From the IMG/VR virus record IMGVR_UViG_3300035685_000002, positions 1 to 64,000 of that record: a DNA stretch of 64,000 nt; one strand, 5' to 3'. The notes under the pieces are model-generated. The model searched no databases and was not told where the DNA came from. It worked only from the letters and a program-made list of their open reading frames with translations. How positions within the stretch are numbered: position 1 is the stretch's first letter; each line of letters opens with the position of its first letter. Below, piece by piece: positions 49,754 to 59,305 of this stretch. Both the position numbers and the translations under genes were made by a program. The DNA is from a virus. Lineage: Duplodnaviria > Caudoviricetes.

Positions 49754-50599
49754 ATGACCAATATAGCAGCCCATGAGGGTATGTGCGAGATTATCCGTCA
49801 AACTGAAGACGGCATCGAGTTCTATACCGTTACATCTACAGGTAAATCAGGAATGAGCCAATCAGGATTATCCGTCTTGGCAGGTGTAACCAGGCAAGCA
49901 ATCATCAAACTCGAAGAAACCCTCGTAACCAAAGCCCCTTCAAAATCGTTAGAACCCTTTGTAGGTAAAGACTTGACCCTTGTAACCGAAAACGAAGCTT
50001 TTGTAGAAGGCAAGCCTGTCGGCAATCTGAGGATCTACAGTTCTGGTTTTTGTAGCAGTGTGATTCAGCACTATGCCTTTAAGGGTAATGAGACTGCTCA
50101 GTATAGCATGGGCAAATTTTCCGATATGGGAATCGAAAGGTGGATTCAGCAAATAACTGGATGGAGTAAGTCGGAACCCCAAGGACAGCCTTACTGGTAT
50201 CGTCGCCTTATTATGTATCGTGAGAAGACGAGAATTCCGGTCGGCTACTTCTCTGTGTTTGAGGAAATCATCTCGCTAATCGGAGACCTAGAAGCTCAAG
50301 GATACGTTATTCCAGCCGGATGCGTCCCTGATGCCTCTGTCGGTAAATGCTGGGCAACCTATCTCCGGAAGGTAGAGAAGATTAATCCCAAAGATGTCGC
50401 TCTGAAGTACAAGCACTACTACCCGGACTGGGCGCACTCCGTCAAGGCATTTATCTATCCCCTGGAATTCTTACCTAAGTTCCGAATCTGGATGGAGGAA
50501 ACTTACAAGCCGATTAAAATGGTTGCATATTTCCAGAAGAAAGATCCAACGGCGATGCCATCAGTTTGCAAGTTGCTTGGTCTGCCGGAAGGAAAATAA
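49754..50599 (+). CDS. BstA-like DNA-binding/abortive-infection protein
   Basis: N-terminal DGIE..G..GMSQSGLS.LAGV. C-terminal PVGYFSVFEEI, PDASVGK.W, Y.H.YPD and YP...L..FR.W...Y, as I recall for the BstA family. Confidence 0.55.
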   Translation: MTNIAAHEGMCEIIRQTEDGIEFYTVTSTGKSGMSQSGLSVLAGVTRQAIIKLEETLVTKAPSKSLEPFVGKDLTLVTENEAFVEGKPVGNLRIYSSGFCSSVIQHYAFKGNETAQYSMGKFSDMGIERWIQQITGWSKSEPQGQPYWYRRLIMYREKTRIPVGYFSVFEEIISLIGDLEAQGYVIPAGCVPDASVGKCWATYLRKVEKINPKDVALKYKHYYPDWAHSVKAFIYPLEFLPKFRIWMEETYKPIKMVAYFQKKDPTAMPSVCKLLGLPEGK

Positions 50600-50685
50600 C
50601 AATAAGCTAGTTTACTTCTAGCCACAACAAAAAGCGACCTATCAGGTCGCTTTTTGTTATTTAATCTAAAACGAGTCTTACGCAA

Positions 50686-51117
50686 CTATCCCTGTCTTTC
50701 CCATCCTCTATAGCAACTAATAATCTGCTGATATCGCTCATCGATTTCATAGGCAAATCCAAGCATATAGGGATCTAGTTCTTCATTGTAATATCCTTTT
50801 TTTTCTCCGTGTACTTGCTCTCCCCAGATAACTACAAGATTTTGTCGTATATAAATCTCTGATTCTTTGGGCAAAATAATGCTGTAGTTTGTGTCCACCC
50901 AAGGAGAATTGAAAGTTGCAAAGAATATATCACCGACGATTACTGGAAAGGCTTCTTCAAATTCTGCTTCACCAACTTCTTTGATACATAGAACTTGAAC
51001 TTTTATCTCCAAGCCTTTGTAAAAAGATAGGTCTTGTAGAATCCTCGACACAATCCAGTTAGGGCAATTGGTTGCCCACTCTGGAGACTTGATTAATTTA
51101 TCTTGCATTGTTCTCAA
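50686..51117 (-). CDS. hypothetical protein
   Basis: Promoter-like motif at 51125-51146 (minus strand). Confidence 0.55.
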   Translation of the reverse strand: MRTMQDKLIKSPEWATNCPNWIVSRILQDLSFYKGLEIKVQVLCIKEVGEAEFEEAFPVIVGDIFFATFNSPWVDTNYSIILPKESEIYIRQNLVVIWGEQVHGEKKGYYNEELDPYMLGFAYEIDERYQQIISCYRGWERQG

Positions 51118-51203
51118 CTTAATTGTTTACTGTATTATTTTATCACGTTTAAGAGTTATATTAAACCTTTATTAAGAAGGCGACCTACTGAGGTCGCCTT
51201 CAA

Positions 51204-51677
51204 TTAGCTGGATTGCTTGAGTCGATGCAGCTCTAAATGCATCGGGTGGTTTGGATATTGCTGCTGCCAATAGTCTAGACAGCGATCGCAAGCCAACAAT
51301 CTCAAAGCATCATCATGGGATACCTCTTCAATTGTCCCAACTGGCTCACCATGATCATCGATAAGAGTCACAGTAACCACAAATGCCTTAGCTTTCGGGT
51401 CATGCATTAAAGTCTCTCGAATATAGGGGAAGCCCCAGTTACAGGTTGCGTTTTTGTCTTCTTGAGGCATTCCGTCCCACATATACTCCGCAATAGAGTC
51501 TGAAATGATAGCTATGTGAGCACTAAATGGCTTCAAGATCCATATCCACTTCTCATCGGAATCGCAATTGTTCTTTAACTGATTGCGATTATAGATAATT
51601 AGATCATCCTGATGAGAAGTCAAGAGTTCTGGATTGCGAACGGCAATCTCCAGCATCTGCTCGTAAATTCTTTTCAT
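51204..51677 (-). CDS. hypothetical protein
   Basis: Promoter-like motif at 51692-51714 (minus strand); terminator downstream. Confidence 0.6.
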   Translation of the reverse strand: MKRIYEQMLEIAVRNPELLTSHQDDLIIYNRNQLKNNCDSDEKWIWILKPFSAHIAIISDSIAEYMWDGMPQEDKNATCNWGFPYIRETLMHDPKAKAFVVTVTLIDDHGEPVGTIEEVSHDDALRLLACDRCLDYWQQQYPNHPMHLELHRLKQSS

Positions 51678-51753
51678 TGATTTACTTAATTTGTTTACTA
51701 CATTATTTTATCACAAAATGATATAATATTGGTGTAAACTAATCGAGAAAGAT

Positions 51754-52140
51754 ATGTTCACAGACAAAGAGCTAAAAACTGTATTGTATGCTCTCAGCTA
51801 TCTACAAGCTAATTACGACGATGCAGTATTAGACGAGATGGAGTCGGGAGGATTGTTCGAGACTCAAGAAAATACTCCACTAACTCCTGAACAAATAGAG
51901 GGCTTGAGAGAGCGACTAGCTAATGCTGAACCAAAACTGTACCAGGTACAGGTATTTGGAGAAATGACCTCGCACGAGGGTGAAGCTGAACACACTTCAG
52001 AACTAGTTTGGCGATCGCAAGAGGAAGCACTAGCTTATGCAAATGACTTTATTGATGAAGTCTGCGATCCAGAGATCTACATCAAATCCCTCAAAAGAGA
52101 AACAGTCAAAACCAGAGTGATACAACTCGATCTGGAATAG
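51754..52140 (+). CDS. hypothetical acidic protein
   Basis: Divergent promoter TGATATAAT..GTAAAC; terminator downstream. Confidence 0.6.
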   Translation: MFTDKELKTVLYALSYLQANYDDAVLDEMESGGLFETQENTPLTPEQIEGLRERLANAEPKLYQVQVFGEMTSHEGEAEHTSELVWRSQEEALAYANDFIDEVCDPEIYIKSLKRETVKTRVIQLDLE

Positions 52141-52203
52141 CCAGCTATTCCCAAAACAAAGCCCGCCAGGTTATTGGCAGGCTTTGTTTTGTATGCGGAC
52201 AGA

Positions 52204-55200
52204 TTAAGCTGCAATCAAAGCAGGCACAACCACCGTTCCCAGATGCTGCACCTCTGCATAGAATCCCGCATCAATTAGATCCTTAGCTACGCGCTCCGGC
52301 TGAACAACCCAGAATCGATGATGGAACCGCACTAGTCGTTCACCGAGTAATGAAGCAACTGGAGTGGTAGGGGCATCAGGTTTGTGATACTCATCGATTA
52401 TTGCCTCAATACGCGCCATACTCTCGATTTGTGCCTGCGCCGGGGTTAGATGGATAACCAACATCCTGGCATTCTCCAGGGGCATGGCATGGTCAATAAC
52501 AATCTGTCTTTCATCGTTGTTAACGCCGAGCTTGCCCCAAAGAATCAACTTCTCCCGCTCCTTTAATAAACCTTTAGTACGCTTATAGGTCGATGGGAAC
52601 ACAACTGCTTTGCAAGATGCAGAAGTGTCCTCCATTCCCTCGATAATCATCATCTCGTCTCCCTTGCGGGTAAGAATCGGTTTCAACTGAGTCAGGAGAG
52701 CAATTACCCTCACTCGCTTGTCATTAGGATGTGACCAGCGTACAACGTAATCGTCACTCCCCTCAAACCCAATCTCCTCCTTCTCGACAACCTCAGCTAG
52801 GGGAATCGGACTGTAAATGTTGATGATTTTTTTAGCATTTTGCAAAGGGTGTCCCGATGCATAAAACTGGAGAAACTGTTTCTCCAGGGAGAGTTTCTCG
52901 TCAAGGGAGTAGTCTGGAAACGACTTTATAGGTACGGCGCTCCAGTCTATCTGCACCTCCTCCCCGCCAAGCATATCGAGGAGAGATAGTTGACCGGACG
53001 CCTTGTCCTTCTCCTTGCTCTTGAGGGTTCCCGATGCCCAGCCCAGGACACTCTCTAGGTTCTCTGCCAGCTTTCGCCTGTTGAGATCTATGCTGTCAAA
53101 TGCCCCACTGTAGATCAGGGCCTCAACAGATCTCTTGTTGAGGTTGGAATTTAATTCCCTTACTCGGTAGCAGAAATCTTGGAATGACTCGAAGGGGGAT
53201 GAGGCGCGGGCTTCTAGGATGGACTGGATGATTGTGTCTCCTAGGTTGGCGATCGCGCTCAACCCAAATCGAATCCCATTACCATCCGGGAAAAACTCCT
53301 CTTGAGAGCGGTTAACGTCGGGTGGGTAGATTGGGATTTTCATGGCGATCGCGGCAGCTAGGTGTTGCTGAAGCTTATCTTTCTTCCCTTGATCATCTGT
53401 TAGAAGTGCCGCCATAAACTCTACAGGGTAGTGAGTCTTGATGTAAGCAGTTTGGTATGAAATATAGCCATATGCCATAGAGTGTGACATATTGAAGCAA
53501 TACTCGCTAAATTTCTTTATCGCCTCGAATAGATTTCTTGCCACAGACTCTGGAACACCATTATTGATACAGCCTGAAATGAATTTATCTTCCTGAAGCT
53601 CCATGTCTTTCAAGCTCTTCTTTCCCATAGAGCGCCTTGCAGAGTCTGCCTGTCCAGAAGTGTAAGAAGCTAAAACCTGGAAGATTTTCATAATCTGCTC
53701 TTGATACACCATTTGTCCGTAGGTGTATCCAAGAATCGGTTCTAGCCGAGGGTCTACATAGGGTTCAATTTCTCCCCTGTTCTTGCCGGCAATGAATTTA
53801 GGGATGAATCCATTGTCCAAAGGTCCAGGACGATAGAGGGCCAGGATTGACGAAATATCGTCAATGCAAACAGGGGCAATCTCTCGAATTGTGGAACGCA
53901 TACCAGAGCTTTCCATCTGAAAGATACCGTCCATACCTCCTGTTCGGTAGAACTGATAAACCGCTGGATCATCCATTGGAAATTTATCAGGATCTAGATC
54001 TATTCCTTTGGTTTGTTTCACCAATTTAGAAGCCCTATTGATGGTAGTCAGGTTTTTGAGTCCTAGAATGTCCATCTTAATAAGACCCAGGTATTCCAAA
54101 TCTTCCATTGGGTACTGAGTGACGATAGATCCATCTCTGGCAATCATTAATGGAACTATCGTATCTAGCGGCTCTGCCGAAATAACAACACCGGCTGCAT
54201 GGACTCCTGATGTTTTGTTGACTCCCTCCAATCTTCGGCTCAGATCTATGAGATTTTTAAATCCTGAATCGCTCTCATACTGTTGCTTAAACTCAATAAC
54301 CGGAGATTCGTCAGATATCATCTTGTTCAGCTTTTCAGGCTTGCCCCGAACAACTGGTATTTGTTTCGTATAGTTTTCAACCTCCTTATAAGGAAAATTC
54401 AAAACTCGACCGCTATCTTTGATGACAGCCTTGGAGGTTAGTCTGTTGAACGTGATGATTTGGGCAACGCGATCGCTCCCATACTTCTCCACAAAATACT
54501 GAATGACTTCTGGTCTTCTCAAAACACAGAAATCGGTGTCTATATCCGGGTAAGACTTGCGCTCTTCGTTCAAGAAGCGACTAAATAGTAACCCATGATG
54601 AATAGGGTCAATGTTGGTAATCTTCATTGAATACGATACGAGAGATCCAGCGGCTGAACCCCTGCCAGGTCCAACTGGGATACCCTTAGAACGCGCCCAA
54701 CGGATTGCATCTCCTACGATGAGAAAATACTGGCACAACCCTTTTCCAGATAGAACACCTATTTCATACTCCAGCTGATCTTTGTATTTCTGGTGCAACT
54801 CTTTTGGTACTTTTTTGAGTCGCTCCTTCAAACCTTCTTTTGCCCAGGTACGCATATGAGTCTCAGGTGTCTCTCCTTCTGGTAGGGGAAACTTTGGCTC
54901 AGTTGGTTCGGAGAAAAGATCGTAGTCGTCAGTGATGCGATCGCTCACCTTCACTGTATTAGCGATCGCCCGTTCTACCACATCAGGACTCAGATGGTCT
55001 CGAAACAGCAGCCGCATCTCCTCAACGGATTTGAGATACTCAGTCCCGGTGTAGCGCATCCGTTTCTCATCGCTTACCAATTTTCCGGTTTGGATACACA
55101 GCAGGGCGTCATGAGCTTCCACGTCGTAGCAGGAGATGAAGTGGGAGTCATTCGTGGCGATAATCTCAATACCCAGTTCTTCGCCCATCTTCACTAGGAC

Positions 55201-55770
55201 TGGGTTTACTACCCTCTCCTCTGTTTGTCCGTGATCCTGAATTTCTAAGTAGAACCTATCCCCGAATACTCGTTTGTACCATCTGGTGACTTCGTAAGCC
55301 ACATCTAACTTTCCAGCCAAAATAGCCTGGGGAATTTCTCCGCCCAGGCAGGCACTGGTTACGATCAACCCTTCGTTATATTTTTCTAATAAACCTTTAT
55401 TAACGCAGGGTCTGGCAAAAATGCCCTTACCCAGGAAACCCTTGAGATGGGAAATGGTCGTCAGTTTGACCAAATTCTGGTAGCCCTTCTTGTCCATCGC
55501 CAGGACAACTTGATGGTACTTGCGGTGACGGGTCGTTTTATCCTCGATGTCGCCGTTAATGACGTACATCTCATTGCCGATGATTGCCTTGATGCCCTTC
55601 TTGGCGCAGAGCTTAATGAGCTGGATTGCGCCGTGCATCACTCCGTGATCTGTGATGGCGATCGCCTTTATTCCTAGCTCCACGCAATAGTCAAGCAGCT
55701 TGTCGATCTGGCTAGCACCATCCAGGAACGAGTAGTCAGTGTGAATATGTAAAGGTACGAACTGGGTCAT
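52204..55770 (-). CDS. dnaE: DNA polymerase III alpha subunit (single polypeptide, no intein)
   Basis: PHP domain (LHIHTDYS, AITDHG, TNDSH), GPGRGSAAGS, PDIDTD, HAAG, KMDILGL, EYCFNMSH and OB fold. Confidence 0.97.
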   Translation of the reverse strand: MTQFVPLHIHTDYSFLDGASQIDKLLDYCVELGIKAIAITDHGVMHGAIQLIKLCAKKGIKAIIGNEMYVINGDIEDKTTRHRKYHQVVLAMDKKGYQNLVKLTTISHLKGFLGKGIFARPCVNKGLLEKYNEGLIVTSACLGGEIPQAILAGKLDVAYEVTRWYKRVFGDRFYLEIQDHGQTEERVVNPVLVKMGEELGIEIIATNDSHFISCYDVEAHDALLCIQTGKLVSDEKRMRYTGTEYLKSVEEMRLLFRDHLSPDVVERAIANTVKVSDRITDDYDLFSEPTEPKFPLPEGETPETHMRTWAKEGLKERLKKVPKELHQKYKDQLEYEIGVLSGKGLCQYFLIVGDAIRWARSKGIPVGPGRGSAAGSLVSYSMKITNIDPIHHGLLFSRFLNEERKSYPDIDTDFCVLRRPEVIQYFVEKYGSDRVAQIITFNRLTSKAVIKDSGRVLNFPYKEVENYTKQIPVVRGKPEKLNKMISDESPVIEFKQQYESDSGFKNLIDLSRRLEGVNKTSGVHAAGVVISAEPLDTIVPLMIARDGSIVTQYPMEDLEYLGLIKMDILGLKNLTTINRASKLVKQTKGIDLDPDKFPMDDPAVYQFYRTGGMDGIFQMESSGMRSTIREIAPVCIDDISSILALYRPGPLDNGFIPKFIAGKNRGEIEPYVDPRLEPILGYTYGQMVYQEQIMKIFQVLASYTSGQADSARRSMGKKSLKDMELQEDKFISGCINNGVPESVARNLFEAIKKFSEYCFNMSHSMAYGYISYQTAYIKTHYPVEFMAALLTDDQGKKDKLQQHLAAAIAMKIPIYPPDVNRSQEEFFPDGNGIRFGLSAIANLGDTIIQSILEARASSPFESFQDFCYRVRELNSNLNKRSVEALIYSGAFDSIDLNRRKLAENLESVLGWASGTLKSKEKDKASGQLSLLDMLGGEEVQIDWSAVPIKSFPDYSLDEKLSLEKQFLQFYASGHPLQNAKKIINIYSPIPLAEVVEKEEIGFEGSDDYVVRWSHPNDKRVRVIALLTQLKPILTRKGDEMMIIEGMEDTSASCKAVVFPSTYKRTKGLLKEREKLILWGKLGVNNDERQIVIDHAMPLENARMLVIHLTPAQAQIESMARIEAIIDEYHKPDAPTTPVASLLGERLVRFHHRFWVVQPERVAKDLIDAGFYAEVQHLGTVVVPALIAA

Positions 55771-55841
55771 TCTGATTCACCACAATAAATGTTTAATGAA
55801 AACGCGAAAATCGCCAGTTATTGATAACTGGCGATTTAATT

Positions 55842-56255
55842 CTAGGGATTTACGATGTCAGCAAGCTTTCGCTCTATTTCAGCCCATCTCTTAACAAGAT
55901 CTGATTCCGAGTTAGATTCTTGATAAGCTTGTCTCCACTTTTTGTTAGCAATTAGGTAAACCATCCATAAGATGTCTATTGCTCCCGTGGTTTCACCCGC
56001 ATCGTCTGTAGGTTCATCTACATAGCAGGTGACTACCCATTCGACAGCTTCCTTGGTTACAGGCTCTGACATGATAAACTCTGCATCCATTCGTTTGAGT
56101 TCCTCGTAGGATAGGTTTATCTTTCGAGAACCAAGCATTACTGCAATACTGTCGGGATAGGTATCTGTCACATAGAACTGGGCTTCATGTCCCATTCCTG
56201 CATTCATTTTGATACTGTCTCCAGTTTTGGCGTTGTAATTCACTTTATTGTTCAT
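55842..56255 (-). CDS. hypothetical protein
   Basis: Promoter-like motif at 56271-56293 (minus strand); hairpin downstream. Confidence 0.6.
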   Translation of the reverse strand: MNNKVNYNAKTGDSIKMNAGMGHEAQFYVTDTYPDSIAVMLGSRKINLSYEELKRMDAEFIMSEPVTKEAVEWVVTCYVDEPTDDAGETTGAIDILWMVYLIANKKWRQAYQESNSESDLVKRWAEIERKLADIVNP

Positions 56256-56347
56256 CTAAGTCTTTAATGTGTTTACTTAATTATTTTATCACATAACTGC
56301 TCACAAACAAACAAGCAGCGGCGCGGTTGCACTGCTGCTTGTTTGTT

Positions 56348-56629
56348 TTACGACTTCATCGAGAACTGGTAGTCAGCTGTCTCGATATCCAGTTCTTGAA
56401 GATACTCTCTGAAATCATCTGGGGTCTTGCTCGTTGTCAGGATGCGAACGTTTGGGCTAACTAGTGCCGCGATCGCACTCCTATTTTTCTCCCTCACAAG
56501 CTCCATCCTTGCAGACATGGCTTCCGGTTCTTCGAGGATTACATAGTCCAGATTGGATAGCAGATCCTCGTCGGTGCCGTTAACAATAGCTGCTGGATTG
56601 GTGATGATTACTTCTTGTTGTTGTAACAT
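56348..56629 (-). CDS. hypothetical protein
   Basis: GGAG RBS; terminator hairpin at about 56305-56347. Confidence 0.6.
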   Translation of the reverse strand: MLQQQEVIITNPAAIVNGTDEDLLSNLDYVILEEPEAMSARMELVREKNRSAIAALVSPNVRILTTSKTPDDFREYLQELDIETADYQFSMKS

Positions 56630-56768
56630 TGAGAAAACTCCAGGTTTTTAGACTGGGCGATCGCTAGTTATCTAGGCAGGCGATCGCTTTGTCTTTGTTT
56701 ACTCTTTTATTATAGTATATTTGTGATAACAATGCAAGTAAAAACCCCGGCATATCCGGGGTTTGAAG

Positions 56769-57050
56769 TTAGCGCCTATTGGTCGCAATGTTTATGCATT
56801 GCTGGTAGTAGTGAACCCTTGATTCGATTCGCTCACAGAAGTCCTGATCTGCGGCAGCACGGTCGTCTTTGGAAAAATATTTTCCGCTAAAGAATCCAAC
56901 GGATAAGCCTCGTTTGGCTTCTTCGACATGATCCATGTTTATTAGATATGTTCCAAAGGATTGGTCATCATATTGAACCAGTGCTACCGCTAGTCGAACC
57001 GTTGCTGGTTCTTTAGGTAGCTCTACTTTCATGAGAATTTTCATGATCAA
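56769..57050 (-). CDS. hypothetical protein
   Basis: Small ORF with an upstream TATAAT..GTAAAC motif and a terminator. Confidence 0.55.
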   Translation of the reverse strand: MIMKILMKVELPKEPATVRLAVALVQYDDQSFGTYLINMDHVEEAKRGLSVGFFSGKYFSKDDRAAADQDFCERIESRVHYYQQCINIATNRR

Positions 57051-57136
57051 TAGCCTGCTAATATGTTTACCTTTTTATTATACTCTGTTTGTTATAACAA
57101 AACAACGAAACCCCGGAAAATCCGAGGTTTCTGAGT

Positions 57137-57421
57137 CTATAACAGTGAAACGTTTGCTTTGATTACTTTTTCCCCCACTTGGACGTACCACTGGTATCTT
57201 CCGCCCCATTGATTAAGAGCTATTCCCCTCTGAGGGGACGTTGGGGAAACGTCGCTGTCTACGTCATTGATGATATAGACTTTGTTGCCAGTTTGAACTG
57301 GGATAACTTCTATTTCTTCTGGATTATCTACGGGAATAGCTTCTCCGTTATACAGAAAAAATGTACCATTATCGTTCCAAAAGGCGAATCCTTCCTTGCC
57401 CTGATATCGTACTTTTTGCAT
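57137..57421 (-). CDS. hypothetical protein
   Basis: ATG 3 nt from a palindrome copy; terminator downstream. Confidence 0.55.
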   Translation of the reverse strand: MQKVRYQGKEGFAFWNDNGTFFLYNGEAIPVDNPEEIEVIPVQTGNKVYIINDVDSDVSPTSPQRGIALNQWGGRYQWYVQVGEKVIKANVSLL

Positions 57422-57508
57422 AGCTAATAAACCTTTAATAGCGTTTACTGTTTAATTATATCATAATGTGATAAAATATACTTGTAAACACGAAACAGGT
57501 ATTTACTC

Positions 57509-58138
57509 ATGGACATTCAAGACCATCTCGCAGATTACGCCAAAGAGCTGCGAGGCAACTGGCAAAAGTTTGAGTGTTTTATCTGGCACAGGGAAAGAGA
57601 CTTACTTGATCCAGAAAACTGGGCAGTCATTTATACATCTGGTCGAGACAGCGGACTTGCTACTCAAAGCAATGCAGCCGCGATCGCCAAGGCTCTGGAA
57701 CCGTTCCTAGAGGATGAGCAGGAGAATATCTTTAATGAATCTCACAGTCATTGGGCTGTTGGATATCTAGATGGATACTGCATCCGCGTTCATCCTCTTG
57801 ATGACAAAAAGATTCCAGTGCTAGACGAATATACTCCGGCTTTTCGGAAATATTGTGAGTTAGCACTAGCCTTGAAGAATTACCCGATCCTGGATGAAGA
57901 AGACTGGTCAAATCGTTCCTACGAAGCGACCGTTGAAAATATCAAGAATGAAGGTCGTAACCTAATCAAAGATGGAGTCGAAGAAGACTGGGCAGAAAAT
58001 GTCTATTCCTGGCTTTATGAAAACGAGCAGGGTGAAATCGAGGATATCGATGACCAAGGTGCTTATCCATCGGAGGATGCGATCGCACTCGCCCTAAAGG
58101 CACTCGATATGCTTGATGAGGAATACGCAGAAGCATGA
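57509..58138 (+). CDS. acidic hypothetical phage protein
   Basis: RDS....SN, HWAVG and L..YP.LDEED.S; promoter-like motif at 57467. Confidence 0.7.
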   Translation: MDIQDHLADYAKELRGNWQKFECFIWHRERDLLDPENWAVIYTSGRDSGLATQSNAAAIAKALEPFLEDEQENIFNESHSHWAVGYLDGYCIRVHPLDDKKIPVLDEYTPAFRKYCELALALKNYPILDEEDWSNRSYEATVENIKNEGRNLIKDGVEEDWAENVYSWLYENEQGEIEDIDDQGAYPSEDAIALALKALDMLDEEYAEA

Positions 58139-58176
58139 CATAGAGTAAAAAAAGCCCCCATATTGGGGGCTTTTTG

Positions 58177-58839
58177 CTATCTGCGCGTCTTTTTAATCAA
58201 ATCCCTGTTAGCTGTATAGAATCCCTGCGAGCTGGGATCGGCAAACCACTTCCCCTGTTCCTTACCGCTAGTAAGAGAGCCTCCGATCCTACTCAATGCA
58301 AGCGCCCGCACTCTATCATCATCAATTCTTCCGTATAACTCGGTCATAATGCTGCTGCGATGCATTAACCTGTCGTCGTTCTCTTTTAGGATGAGGGAAA
58401 TAGCATCCACCTTCTTCATCCCGCTAAATCTAGGCAAAAAGTCAATCTCAACGTTACCGTCATCACTCATTCGGACAGTAGCGAGGGGAGTTTCTTCTCC
58501 CTCGAAATCTAGAACAATATCCTCGTCACTCTCGCCTTCGGTATTCGGCTCCTCTTCAGTTGGTACATCGAGAGGAATCGCCTGCTGCTGGTAGTGCCCG
58601 TTGCTACTGGGAGGTGCGGCGGGAGTTGCAGAAGTCAATCCAAGTTGGAGAGTGCCCTGCACTAGACCCTCCGCCTGACTCCTTAAACTCTCTGCGACTG
58701 ACAGTTTCGATTCAACTTCTTCTAGCCGCTGTCTCAGCTCTTCTGCTTCTTTGCGAAGTGAGTCAGATAAATCAGAATAATAAACCTTTAATATATTCGC
58801 AGCGTCAAGTGGATTGTTTAGTATAACTTCTTGTTGCAT
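58177..58839 (-). CDS. coiled-coil protein with a probable C-terminal winged helix
   Basis: N-terminal coiled coil, acidic linker, then AISLILKE..MH..I..ELYG..L..GK..G.W....G.Y. Confidence 0.6.
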   Translation of the reverse strand: MQQEVILNNPLDAANILKVYYSDLSDSLRKEAEELRQRLEEVESKLSVAESLRSQAEGLVQGTLQLGLTSATPAAPPSSNGHYQQQAIPLDVPTEEEPNTEGESDEDIVLDFEGEETPLATVRMSDDGNVEIDFLPRFSGMKKVDAISLILKENDDRLMHRSSIMTELYGRIDDDRVRALALSRIGGSLTSGKEQGKWFADPSSQGFYTANRDLIKKTRR

Positions 58840-58874
58840 TTCAGTGTATAAAGCTATAGTTAAATGATACTCAT

Positions 58875-59162
58875 ATGCGTAGAGATATGGCACCCGATAC
58901 CGGCAGCAGAAAATATTTCGACAAAGAGCTAGGGAATAGGAAGAAGACTATTCAAGTCCAAGCCCATGACAGAGTGATCGTTTCACGGATATACGACTAT
59001 ATATGCGAAGGGTGCGATCGCCGCACTATCCGAGAAACCTTCTCCTTCCGATGTCCTTTGTACTGTGAGAAGTGCAGACCCCCACAGGAAATAAAAGGCA
59101 GGAGGTTGCACAACAGGAAAAAAGAAGAGCAGAAGTTGTATCGGCAACTGTCGCTGGTATAG
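58875..59162 (+). CDS. small zinc-ribbon protein
   Basis: CEGC..PLYCEKC; divergent from the 58839 gene. Confidence 0.6.
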   Translation: MRRDMAPDTGSRKYFDKELGNRKKTIQVQAHDRVIVSRIYDYICEGCDRRTIRETFSFRCPLYCEKCRPPQEIKGRRLHNRKKEEQKLYRQLSLV

Positions 59163-59305
59163 GACAAACCCCCTCCTCAATCGAGAAGGGGGTTTTAGTT
59201 TAGGCGTCACGCCTATTCATCCCTGTCGTCGTGCCTATGTTCTTCTATCCACTTTTCTGAACAGCAGCCGATCTCTTGATACAGGTCTCCGACCAACCCT
59301 TTTAC

